A DNA stretch of 64,000 nt from Gemmatimonadales bacterium (lineage in GTDB: Bacteria; Gemmatimonadota; Gemmatimonadetes; Gemmatimonadales; GWC2-71-9): positions 7,889 through 71,888 of the forward strand of contig JBGSKF010000020.1 in NCBI GenBank assembly GCA_041741375.1, written 5' to 3'. The translations under genes were made by a program, and so were the position numbers. This document shows positions 24,903-33,120 of the stretch, in pieces (the first letter of the stretch is position 1; each line of letters starts with the position of its first letter). The notes under the pieces were generated by a model. The model did not search any database, was not told where the DNA came from, and saw nothing but the letters and a program-made list of their open reading frames with translations.

Positions 24903-25876
24903 AGCTCTGGGCGCGCGTTGTCGTCAGTGTCACCCTGCTCGGGGTGATCCTGTGGCTCCTTCCCTGGCCGATGGTCCTGAACGCCGTGGCGCGTCTGTCG
25001 CCGTGGCACTGGGGCGGAGTGGTGCTCGGCTTCCTCGCGGGCCATGCCGCCGGCGTGTTCAAGTGGCGGGCCTTCGTGCAGGCGGGACGGGTGACGTTCG
25101 CGATTCGTGACGCCGTGCGCTGCTACACCGCCGGACTGTTCGCCAACCTCTGCCTCCCGAGCATCGTCGGGGGAGATCTGCTGCGCCTGGTCATGGCGGG
25201 CCGCGCCACGGGGCGCCCGGAGGCGGCGGTTCTGGGCGGCGTGATGGACCGGCTGACCGACACGACCGCGTTGGCCCTGCTAGCCGGAGCGGGAGCCGCG
25301 ATGGCCGGGTCGACCCATGGGAGCGCCCTGGTGCGCACCGTCAGTCTCGCCCTTCTCGTTGGACTGGGTGGTGGTGTCCTGGTGATCGCGATCGCGGGGT
25401 CCCGACCCCTGGCCCGCTGGCCCGCGCGCCTCCGACGCCCGGTGGGAAGGGCCCTGGTGGGAGTGCGGCACCTGCGGCGGCACCCCGGTCTCGCCCTGCG
25501 GGGGCTGGTGCTTTCCCTGCTCATCCAGAGCGGCTTCGTGATGCTCAACGCGGGGCTGGGCCGGGCGATCGGCATCGAGGTGGCACTGGGCGCCTGGTTC
25601 CTGGCCTGGCCGCTCGCCAAGGTCGTGAGTCTGCTGCCCATCAGCCTGGGCGGCCTGGCGGTCCGGGAGGCGAGCATGGCCGGGTTCCTGGCGCCCTTCG
25701 GCGTTCCGCTGGCCCTCGGAGTCACCGTGTCGCTCCTCTGGCAGACTGTCCTGATCGTGGGTGGCCTTCTGGGAGGCGGAATCTGGCTTCTTCTCTCACG
25801 CGGTGTGGCACCTCCGCTCCGCCCCGGACGCACACCGGCGGGTGAGGTGCTCACGACGGGACGCTCCCATGGATAA
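24899..25876 (+). CDS. Flippase-like membrane protein (lysyl-PG-synthase TM-region / UPF0104 family)
   Basis: ORF 24449..25876 is trimmed to ATG 24899 (ATGA overlap). MKLWARVVVSVTLLGVILWLL..FKWRAFV..GLFANLCLPSIVGGDLLRLV. Confidence 0.7.
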   Translation: MKLWARVVVSVTLLGVILWLLPWPMVLNAVARLSPWHWGGVVLGFLAGHAAGVFKWRAFVQAGRVTFAIRDAVRCYTAGLFANLCLPSIVGGDLLRLVMAGRATGRPEAAVLGGVMDRLTDTTALALLAGAGAAMAGSTHGSALVRTVSLALLVGLGGGVLVIAIAGSRPLARWPARLRRPVGRALVGVRHLRRHPGLALRGLVLSLLIQSGFVMLNAGLGRAIGIEVALGAWFLAWPLAKVVSLLPISLGGLAVREASMAGFLAPFGVPLALGVTVSLLWQTVLIVGGLLGGGIWLLLSRGVAPPLRPGRTPAGEVLTTGRSHG

Positions 25877-27299
25877 ACCGCGCGTGATCATTCTCGGCGC
25901 GGGTCCCGCCGGACTCGGGGCCGCCTGGCGGCTGCGGCAGGAGGGGAAGGCGCGGGTCGCTGTCCTGGAGCAGGGCGCTGGCGTCGGGGGAAATGCGGGG
26001 AGCTTTCGCTGGAATGACCATTGGCTCGACCACGGGAGCCACCGTCTCCATCCGGCCACTGCTCCCCGGATTCTCGCCGACATCCGGTCGCTGCTCGGAC
26101 CCGATCTCCTCACCCGCCCGCGCCACGGACGGATCCGGCTCCGAGGAAAGTGGGTTCACTTTCCGCTCCACCCGATGGATCTCCTCCTCCGCCTCGACAA
26201 GGGCTTTGCGGCCGGGGTCCTGCGGGACCGACTGCGCCCCACCCGGCCCCGGGGATCTGGAGAAGAGAGTTTTGCCTCGGTGCTCCGGGCCAGTCTCGGC
26301 CCCACCATCTGCGATTCGTTCTACTTCCCCTATGCCCGGAAGATCTGGGGCGCCGATCCCGAGGCGCTCTCCGCGATCCAGGCCCGGCGGCGGGTCGCGG
26401 CCGGCAGTTTCGCCAAGTTGCTGCGCAAGGTTCTCAACGCGGTACCCGGCTTCCGGCCCCCTCTGGCGGGGACCTTCTTCTATCCCGCCCGCGGGTTCGG
26501 CCAGGTGTCCGAGGCCTATGCCGAGGCGGCCGTGCGCAGCGGAGCCGAGTTGCACCTGGGATGCCGGGTGACGGGCCTCGAGGTTCCCCCGTCCGAGGGG
26601 GATCCGTGGAGGGTGCATGCGGAGCAGGGGTCGGAGCCGACCGTGTTCGAGGGAGACCATGTCTGGTCCACGCTGCCGATCCCTCTCCTGGCCCGGATGA
26701 TCGGGGCCCAGGGCGGGCAGGTCCCGGACGCGGTTCAGGCGGCGGCGGACCGGATCCGGTATCGGTCGATGGTGCTGGTCTACCTCGAGCTGGACCAGGA
26801 TCGGTTCACCGAGTTCGACGCCCACTACTTTCCCGACGCCTCGGTCCGGATCACCCGACTGTCCGAAACCAAGAACTATGCGGCCCGGACCGAGCCCGCA
26901 GGCCGGACGGTCCTCTGCGCGGAACTCCCCACCGGGCCCGACGAGGCGGCCTGGTCGCTCTCCGACGGCGACCTCGCGGCACTCGTGGCGGACGATCTGA
27001 CCCGGAGCGGCATCCCCCTCTCGCGTCCTCCCGTGGCCGTGACCGTGCGGCGTCTCCGCCAGGCCTATCCGATCTATGACCAGGGATATGAGATTCCGTT
27101 TGGCGTGCTGGACCAGTGGGTTGGCACCCTTCCCCGGTTTCTCACCTACGGACGACAGGGGCTCTTTGCGCATGACAACACCCACCACGCCCTCGCCATG
27201 GCCTATGCCGCCGCGGAGTGTTTCGGGCCCTCCGGCATCGACCGGGACCGGTGGGATACCTTTCGACAGGAGTTCGCGACCCATGTCGTGGAAGACTGA
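25869..27299 (+). CDS. FAD-dependent oxidoreductase (Rossmann GR2/amine-oxidase-like)
   Basis: ORF 25761..27299 is trimmed to ATG 25869. MDKPRVIILGAGPAGLGAAWRL..VLEQGAGVGGNAGSF. Confidence 0.75.
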   Translation: MDKPRVIILGAGPAGLGAAWRLRQEGKARVAVLEQGAGVGGNAGSFRWNDHWLDHGSHRLHPATAPRILADIRSLLGPDLLTRPRHGRIRLRGKWVHFPLHPMDLLLRLDKGFAAGVLRDRLRPTRPRGSGEESFASVLRASLGPTICDSFYFPYARKIWGADPEALSAIQARRRVAAGSFAKLLRKVLNAVPGFRPPLAGTFFYPARGFGQVSEAYAEAAVRSGAELHLGCRVTGLEVPPSEGDPWRVHAEQGSEPTVFEGDHVWSTLPIPLLARMIGAQGGQVPDAVQAAADRIRYRSMVLVYLELDQDRFTEFDAHYFPDASVRITRLSETKNYAARTEPAGRTVLCAELPTGPDEAAWSLSDGDLAALVADDLTRSGIPLSRPPVAVTVRRLRQAYPIYDQGYEIPFGVLDQWVGTLPRFLTYGRQGLFAHDNTHHALAMAYAAAECFGPSGIDRDRWDTFRQEFATHVVED

Positions 27300-27320
27300 C
27301 CGGAGCCCCCGGGAGGCGGA

Positions 27321-28865
27321 ATGACATCCGACCGGTTGCCACCGCACTGGAGGATCCGCCTCTTCCTGACCTGCTGGGTGATCTATGTGGCCCACTTCGC
27401 CACGGATGTGGCCCGCGAACACTACCTGGTCATGAGCATGGTGGAAAACCGGACCTTCGCGCTCGATCCGTACTTTGGGTTGCACGTGGACATCTTCCAG
27501 AACCCCCCCGAGGCGAAGGTTCAGGGAGCGCACCACGGGGCCAATCCCGGCATCTCGATGATCGCCGCCCTTCCCTACGCGGCCCTGCGCCCGCTGGTGG
27601 ATGTCGTGGTGGCACGCGAACTGGCCAGTCGCCCTCCGGCGGATACCGTGATCTATCGGGACAACCGTCCCCGCCGGGTGGCCTTCTACGGGGAAATCCG
27701 GGAGCGCGGGCTGGACATCCGGTTCGGGCTCGTCTCGGCGATCACGCAGGTGTTCACCATGGCCCCGCTGACCGCCGCAATGGTGGTGGCCATGGCCGAT
27801 CTCCTCCTGATTCTCGGAGTCACCGCTCCCCTGGTCCTCGCCGGCGCCCTCCTCTTCGCCTTTGGCACTCCGGTCTTTTTCCGGGCGGCCTACCTGAACC
27901 AGAACCTGGCCATCGCCGTTCTCGCCTTCGGGGCATTCCTGCTGTTGTGGAATCCGGGCCGCCGGGTCCGATGGGGACCGACCGGCCGAGTGGTGGTGGC
28001 CGGGTTTCTCGGCGGGCTCTGCCTGCTCAACGACTACAGCGGCGGGCTCGCCCTGGCACTGCTGGGTGTCTATGCCTGCTGGACCCGCTTCACCACCGCA
28101 TCGTTCCCTGCGGCGATCCGGACCGGCCTCTGGTACACCCTGGGCGCCCTCGGACCGATCCTGGCGCTCTGGTACTACCAATGGGCGAGCTTCGGCCATC
28201 CCTTCCTCCCGCCCCAACACTGGATGGCACCGGTGGAATGGATCGAGGTGGGATACCAGGGGGTCGGTGGATTCGTGCCTGACCTGTTCTTCCAGCTCCT
28301 GATCGACCCGCGATTCGGCCTTTTCGTGGTCGCCCCCGCTCTGGTCCTGGCCCTGGCCGCTCCCTTCCTGCGGCGGTTTCCGATGCCCCGGACCGAGCTG
28401 CTGTTCTGTCTCTCGATGGCGCTGGTCTTCGTGCTCTTCTTCAGCACCGTCCAGTACACGCGCCTCCAATGGGTCACCGGATTCCGGTACCTCGCCCCCA
28501 TCGTCCCCTTCCTCTTTCTCCCCGCCTTCCTGGTCGGGATGCGCCTGCCGCGCGTCATCGCCCTGGCCCTGGGACTTGGCTCCCTGGGTCTGACCTGGGC
28601 GCTGGCCATGGTGAGGGATCAGGGGACGGTGTTCCGGAACCTTCTGCGTCTGATCGTGGAGGGGTTCCAACTCCCCTGGCTCACCACACTCGGAAAGCTC
28701 GCGGCGCAATATTCCCCTTGGTTGGAGGGACGCCCCTCCCCGTGGCCGGCTTTCGCCCTCACCGCCGTCGTGGTGGCCGCGATCTGGATGATCCGATCCC
28801 CATGGACCCCGGTGACTTGCGACCCGGCTGGTACCGAAATTGCCACCCCACCCCGGCAGGAGTAG
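27321..28865 (+). CDS. Polytopic membrane protein, unknown family (GT-C-like candidate)
   Basis: 514 aa with more than 10 hydrophobic segments. An early loop carries acidic residues (HFATDVAREHY). I recognise no family signature. Confidence 0.55.
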   Translation: MTSDRLPPHWRIRLFLTCWVIYVAHFATDVAREHYLVMSMVENRTFALDPYFGLHVDIFQNPPEAKVQGAHHGANPGISMIAALPYAALRPLVDVVVARELASRPPADTVIYRDNRPRRVAFYGEIRERGLDIRFGLVSAITQVFTMAPLTAAMVVAMADLLLILGVTAPLVLAGALLFAFGTPVFFRAAYLNQNLAIAVLAFGAFLLLWNPGRRVRWGPTGRVVVAGFLGGLCLLNDYSGGLALALLGVYACWTRFTTASFPAAIRTGLWYTLGALGPILALWYYQWASFGHPFLPPQHWMAPVEWIEVGYQGVGGFVPDLFFQLLIDPRFGLFVVAPALVLALAAPFLRRFPMPRTELLFCLSMALVFVLFFSTVQYTRLQWVTGFRYLAPIVPFLFLPAFLVGMRLPRVIALALGLGSLGLTWALAMVRDQGTVFRNLLRLIVEGFQLPWLTTLGKLAAQYSPWLEGRPSPWPAFALTAVVVAAIWMIRSPWTPVTCDPAGTEIATPPRQE

Positions 28866-28951
28866 GCACCTCAGATCCGGGAGGATCGGAGGCATCCGCA
28901 GGAGTGGCTGTTCGACCTCGCCGGGGCAGCTGCCTTCACCCCGCTTCCATT

Positions 28952-28979
28952 AACTGTTGCGTTTATGCAACTGTTGCGT
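28952..28979 (+). promoter_or_regulatory. Tandem AACTGTTGCGT (x2, 17-bp period) in a lower-GC island inside the long operon
   Basis: Copies lie at 28952-28962 and 28969-28979. They are followed by caacacaacaccacaggacacaacacAGGAGcttcATG (start at 29015). This is the largest gap (149 bp) in the plus-strand block. Confidence 0.35.
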
Positions 28980-29014
28980 CAACACAACACCACAGGACAC
29001 AACACAGGAGCTTC

Positions 29015-29809
29015 ATGGATTCCTCGGGCCCCCGCAGCGAGACTGGAGCCTCTGGCCTCAGAATGGACCTGGTGATCCCGGTCCTCAACGAGGCCCATGT
29101 TCTCGAACAGAGTGTGTCCACCGTCCGGGTGTTCCTGGCCGCGAACCTGCCCGGCACCCACCGGGTGGTCATCGTGGACAATGGATCGACCGATGGTACC
29201 GATCGCGTGGGTCGGCGGATGGCCGAGACGTACCCTGACGTGCGTTTCCTGCAACTGCCGCAGCGGGGCCGGGGCCGGGCGCTGCGCCACGCCTGGACCA
29301 CGAGCGATGCCGACGTCATGTGCTACACCGACGTGGACCTCTCCACCGAACTGGCAGCCCTCCCCCTGATGATTCATGCCATCGTGCATGAGGGGTACCA
29401 TGTGGCCACCGGGAGCCGGCTCCTGCCGGCGTCCCGCACGACCCGGTCCCCGAAACGTGAGTTCATTTCCCGGGCCTACAACCTCTTCGTCAAGGCGGTC
29501 CTCTGGACCTCGTTCAGCGATGCCCAGTGCGGGTTCAAGGCGGTGAGCCGCCGGGCGGTGGCGGAGATCATTCCCGAGGTGAAGGATCAGTCCTGGTTCT
29601 TCGACACCGAGCTTCTGGTTCTCGCCGAGAAATGGGGCTACGGCGTGAAGGACGTTCCCGTGCGGTGGACGGAGGACGACGACAGCCGGGTGAAGATTCT
29701 TCGCACCGCCTGGGACGACATCAAGGGAGTGTGCCGAGTGCGGTGGCGCCTCTGGCGCGAGGGCGTAACTGCCGGCGCTCCCGCAGCCTCCCGCCGGGCC
29801 ACCCTCTGA
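29015..29809 (+). CDS. Glycosyltransferase family 2, DPM1/GtrB-like
   Basis: ORF 28469..29809 is trimmed to ATG 29015 (AGGAG 5 nt upstream). Motifs: MDLVIPVLNEAHVL, VIVDNGSTDGT, RGRGRALRHAW, YTDVDLST. Confidence 0.85.
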   Translation: MDSSGPRSETGASGLRMDLVIPVLNEAHVLEQSVSTVRVFLAANLPGTHRVVIVDNGSTDGTDRVGRRMAETYPDVRFLQLPQRGRGRALRHAWTTSDADVMCYTDVDLSTELAALPLMIHAIVHEGYHVATGSRLLPASRTTRSPKREFISRAYNLFVKAVLWTSFSDAQCGFKAVSRRAVAEIIPEVKDQSWFFDTELLVLAEKWGYGVKDVPVRWTEDDDSRVKILRTAWDDIKGVCRVRWRLWREGVTAGAPAASRRATL

Positions 29810-29848
29810 CCCGCCACCCCCGGACGGATCCCTGGCCCGACCACACCC

Positions 29849-30313
29849 ATGCGTGACCTGGCGGGTCCTGACGAGCTTCTGACCCGGGAGTGCGTGCATT
29901 TCTGTCGCTACCTGGTCGACCGGGCCCCGGACGAGGCGATCCTCCGGACCTGGCGGCGGGTCCAGGCTCATCTGCCCGCGCATCCCTCCGACCGCAACCT
30001 CTCCGACCAGTGGCTCCTCCGACTCGGGCGGCGTGGCGGAATGGGGCTCCGCCTGGCGGATGCCTGGTCCCGGCTCTTCTGTCCCGCAACGCTGTTGCGA
30101 CGCAAGCTGATCCTCGCCGCGGCGGTGCTGGAATCGAGCCGCGGCACCGCTCCCCTGGTTCAGGCCGGCCCCGTGACGCCGGGATGGCGGGCCCTCCCGG
30201 GAATCGGGATGGCCGGACTCTCGCTCGCGGGATGGACGGTTCTGGCCGTTCTGCTCCTCGGTCCGGTGCATCTCCTCCGCATCCGGGGCCGGAGGACGGT
30301 GGATCGTGGCTGA
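29849..30313 (+). CDS. Hypothetical protein with C-terminal TM helix
   Basis: 154-aa ORF in the operon frame. Its end overlaps the next gene by 8 nt. It contains LSLAGWTVLAVLLLGPV and no recognisable domain. Confidence 0.5.
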   Translation: MRDLAGPDELLTRECVHFCRYLVDRAPDEAILRTWRRVQAHLPAHPSDRNLSDQWLLRLGRRGGMGLRLADAWSRLFCPATLLRRKLILAAAVLESSRGTAPLVQAGPVTPGWRALPGIGMAGLSLAGWTVLAVLLLGPVHLLRIRGRRTVDRG

Positions 30314-31913
30314 CCTGCTGGTGGTGGGATCGGGGGCGTCCGGAGTCCACTTTGCTCTCACGGCGCTGCAGCGGGGTCACCGTGTCACCATGCTGGATGT
30401 GGGCCATCCCCGCCCCGACATTCCAGCTCCCGACATCGCGTTCCCCGACCTCCCCGAGGCCCTCGACGATCCGGCGGCCTGGTTTCTCGGTCCGGGAGGG
30501 GAACAGGTGGTCTATCCCGGTGACGCATCCTCCTACTACGGGCATCCCCCGAGCAAGGCCTACGTGTTCCGGCCGGTCCCGGGCACGCCCACCCGGTCTG
30601 ACGCGATGGTACCTCTCTTCACCTTTGCGCGGGGGGGCTTCGCGGAGGCGTGGACGGCCGGATGCTACGCCTTCAGTCCGACCGACCTCACCGGCATGCC
30701 CGTCACCTCGGAGGACCTGCGACCCCACTACCAGGAGGTGGCCAGGCGGATCGGGATCGGCGGCGTGGAGGATGACCTCGCTCCGTTCATCCCCCTGGAC
30801 GCGGAATACCTCCCTCCCCTTCCCTTCGATCCTCACTCGGCGCACCTGATGGCCCGGTACGCCCGCCGCCGTGCGATCCTGCACCGACGGCACCGATTCT
30901 TTCTCGGGCGATCCCGGGTTGCCACACTCACGGCGGACCGGGACGACCGCCGGGCGTGCTCGCAGCTCGGCCGGTGCCTCTGGGGGTGCCCCTCCCGCTC
31001 GATCTACACCCCGTCGCAGACCCTCGAGCGGTGCGAAACCTTCCCGGGGTTTCGCTATCGCCCCGGACTCCTCGTGCGGCGTTTCGAGTACGACGGGGAC
31101 GGACGCATCGGACAGGTCGTGGCTCAGCCGGTGGACGGGGGCCCGCTCCTCGCCGTCGCCGCCGACGCCGTCATCCTGGCGGCCGGGGCGCTGGGTTCCT
31201 CCCGCATCGTGCTGGAATCCGTCGCCCACCGGACCGGCACCGCACCCCGCCTCGAGGGCCTCATGGACAACCGGCAGATCCACATGCCCTTTGTGACCCC
31301 CGGGATGCTCGGTACGGCGCCGATGCTGGCCGCCTATCAGTTTCACCACCTGGCCTTTGCGGTGAGCCGGAACCCGGCAACCGACCACGTGCATGGCCAG
31401 ATCACCACCCTGAAGGCCGCGTCCGTGCATCCGATCCTGGCCGGGATCCCGGGCGACCTTCGATCGGCTCTCCATCTCTTCCAGGGCGTTCGCTCGAGTC
31501 TCGGCATCGCGAACGTCAACCTGCACGATACCCGCCGGAGCACCAGTTACCTCACACTTGATTCCACCGGTGACGGCGCCCCCTGCCTCGTGGTGCACTA
31601 CGACCCCGCTCCCGAGGAACCGGCCCGCATGGCGGCGGCCACGCGCGACGTGCGGAGAGCCCTCCGACGGATCGGATCGTGGGTGCTTCCGGGCCTGGTG
31701 CGCGTCCTCCCGATGGGGGCCAGCGTCCACTACGCGGGCACATTGCCGATGACCCTCGATCCCACGCCGCTCGCGGTCGATCGGTCCTGCCGGAGCTGGG
31801 ACTTTCCCAACCTGCACGTGGTGGACGGCGCCGTCCTGCCCCGCCTCCCCGCCAAGAACCTGACATTCACGCTCATGGCCAACGCGGTCCGGGTGGCAAC
31901 CACGGCGTTCTGA
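30306..31913 (+). CDS. GMC-family FAD oxidoreductase
   Basis: DLLVVGSGASGVHFAL at the N-terminus. At the C-terminus, HYAGTLPM..NLHVVDGAVLPRLPAKNLTFTLMANAVRVA (GMC C-terminal domain). Confidence 0.8.
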   Translation: MADLLVVGSGASGVHFALTALQRGHRVTMLDVGHPRPDIPAPDIAFPDLPEALDDPAAWFLGPGGEQVVYPGDASSYYGHPPSKAYVFRPVPGTPTRSDAMVPLFTFARGGFAEAWTAGCYAFSPTDLTGMPVTSEDLRPHYQEVARRIGIGGVEDDLAPFIPLDAEYLPPLPFDPHSAHLMARYARRRAILHRRHRFFLGRSRVATLTADRDDRRACSQLGRCLWGCPSRSIYTPSQTLERCETFPGFRYRPGLLVRRFEYDGDGRIGQVVAQPVDGGPLLAVAADAVILAAGALGSSRIVLESVAHRTGTAPRLEGLMDNRQIHMPFVTPGMLGTAPMLAAYQFHHLAFAVSRNPATDHVHGQITTLKAASVHPILAGIPGDLRSALHLFQGVRSSLGIANVNLHDTRRSTSYLTLDSTGDGAPCLVVHYDPAPEEPARMAAATRDVRRALRRIGSWVLPGLVRVLPMGASVHYAGTLPMTLDPTPLAVDRSCRSWDFPNLHVVDGAVLPRLPAKNLTFTLMANAVRVATTAF

Positions 31914-31982
31914 GGGGCAAGGTCCCGTAGAGGGGGTCGACCCGTGGGCCGCCGTGGCGCCACGCGACGCGGGAGCGATGGG

Positions 31983-33070
31983 ATCACGCGGAGATCCTCA
32001 GCAACCTCCGCGACCTCTGTGGTGATCCCCACCTCACCCCGATTGAACCACAGAGAACACGGAGGACGCAGAGGGTTGACGGCATCCACGAGGCGTTCCC
32101 AGTCTCGGTCCCCGGGCATCGGCAGGATGGGGGCCCTTCCACCCCCCAAAAACAAAATCCGGATCTCGACGCGCGAGGCGTGGAGCCGCGGGAATCATGC
32201 GGAGACCCTCTGTGTCCTCCGCGTCCTCTGCGGTGATTCCTTCCCACTTTCCCGATCCCGGACCCCCGGGCCTCGGCAGGATGGCGTGCCCTTCCCCCCC
32301 CCGGATTGAACCACAGAGGGCGCGGAGGACGCAGAGGGTTTTCGGTACCCACGACAGGCTCCCGATCTCGCGTGGCGGGCATCGGCAGGATGGGGGCCCT
32401 TCCACCCCCCAAAAACAGAATCCGGATCTCGGCGCGCAAGGCGTGGAGCCGCGGGAATCATGCGGAGACCCTCTGCGTCCTCCGCGGCCTCTGCGGTGAT
32501 TCCTTCCCACTTTCCCGATCCCGGACCCCCGGGCCTCGGCAGGATGGGGGCCCTTCCACCCCCCAAAAACAGAATCCGGATCTCGACGCGCAAGGCGTGG
32601 AGCCGCGGGAATCATGCGGAGACCCTCTGCGTCCTCCGCGTTCTCTGCGGTGATTCCTTCCCACTTTCCCGATCCCGGACCCCCGGGCCTCGGCAGGATG
32701 GCGTGCCCTTCCCCCCCCCCCGGATTGAACCACAGAGGGCGCGGAGGACGCAGAGGGTTTTCGGTACCCACGACAGGATCCCGATCTCGCGTGGCGGGCA
32801 TCGGCAGGATGGGGGCCCTTCCACCCCCAACAAACAAAATCCGGATCTCGGCGCGCAAGGCGTGGAGCCACGGACATCACACGGAGACCCTCCGTGTCCT
32901 CCGAGACCTCTGTGGTGATCCCTACCTCACCCCGATTGCACCACAGAGGACGCGGAGGACGCAGAGGGGTGACGGCATCCGCGACACGCTCCTCGTCTCG
33001 GATCGGCGGGCATCGGCAGAATGGGGGCCCCTCCACCCCACAACGAGGCCCTATCTCGGCGCGCGAAGCG
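31983..33070. repeat. Array 2 of the MITE-like element
   Basis: Full copies lie at 32047-32234, 32310-32497 and 32729-32916 (188 bp each). Partial copies: 31983-32025 (arm only), 32500-32653 (long spacer fused to the 3' half of the element) and 32940-33070. Confidence 0.85.
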
Positions 33071-33078
33071 ATGAGCGA

Positions 33079-33120
33079 CTCCCTACTCCCTACTCCCTAC
33101 TCCCTGCTCCCTACTCCCTG
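33079..33120 (-). repeat. Heptamer tract (CTCCCTA/CTCCCTG) x6; sense strand TAGGGAG
   Basis: Six exact-period copies. The tract encodes the last codons and the TAG stop (33083-33085) of the metallophosphoesterase gene. Confidence 0.9.

Noticed and set aside
25851-28895. 1014-aa minus-strand ORF, the longest in the track
   Set aside because: It is antisense to three well-supported plus-strand genes (FAD oxidoreductase, membrane protein, start of the GT2 region). Its translation is R/G/P/E/H-rich low complexity with no motifs. This is a typical high-GC shadow ORF.
31983-33070. CRISPR interpretation of the repeat arrays
   Set aside because: The repeated unit is about 190 bp, not 25-40 bp. The putative spacers are themselves repeated within and between arrays. 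The repeats carry long terminal inverted repeats. No cas genes are in the window.
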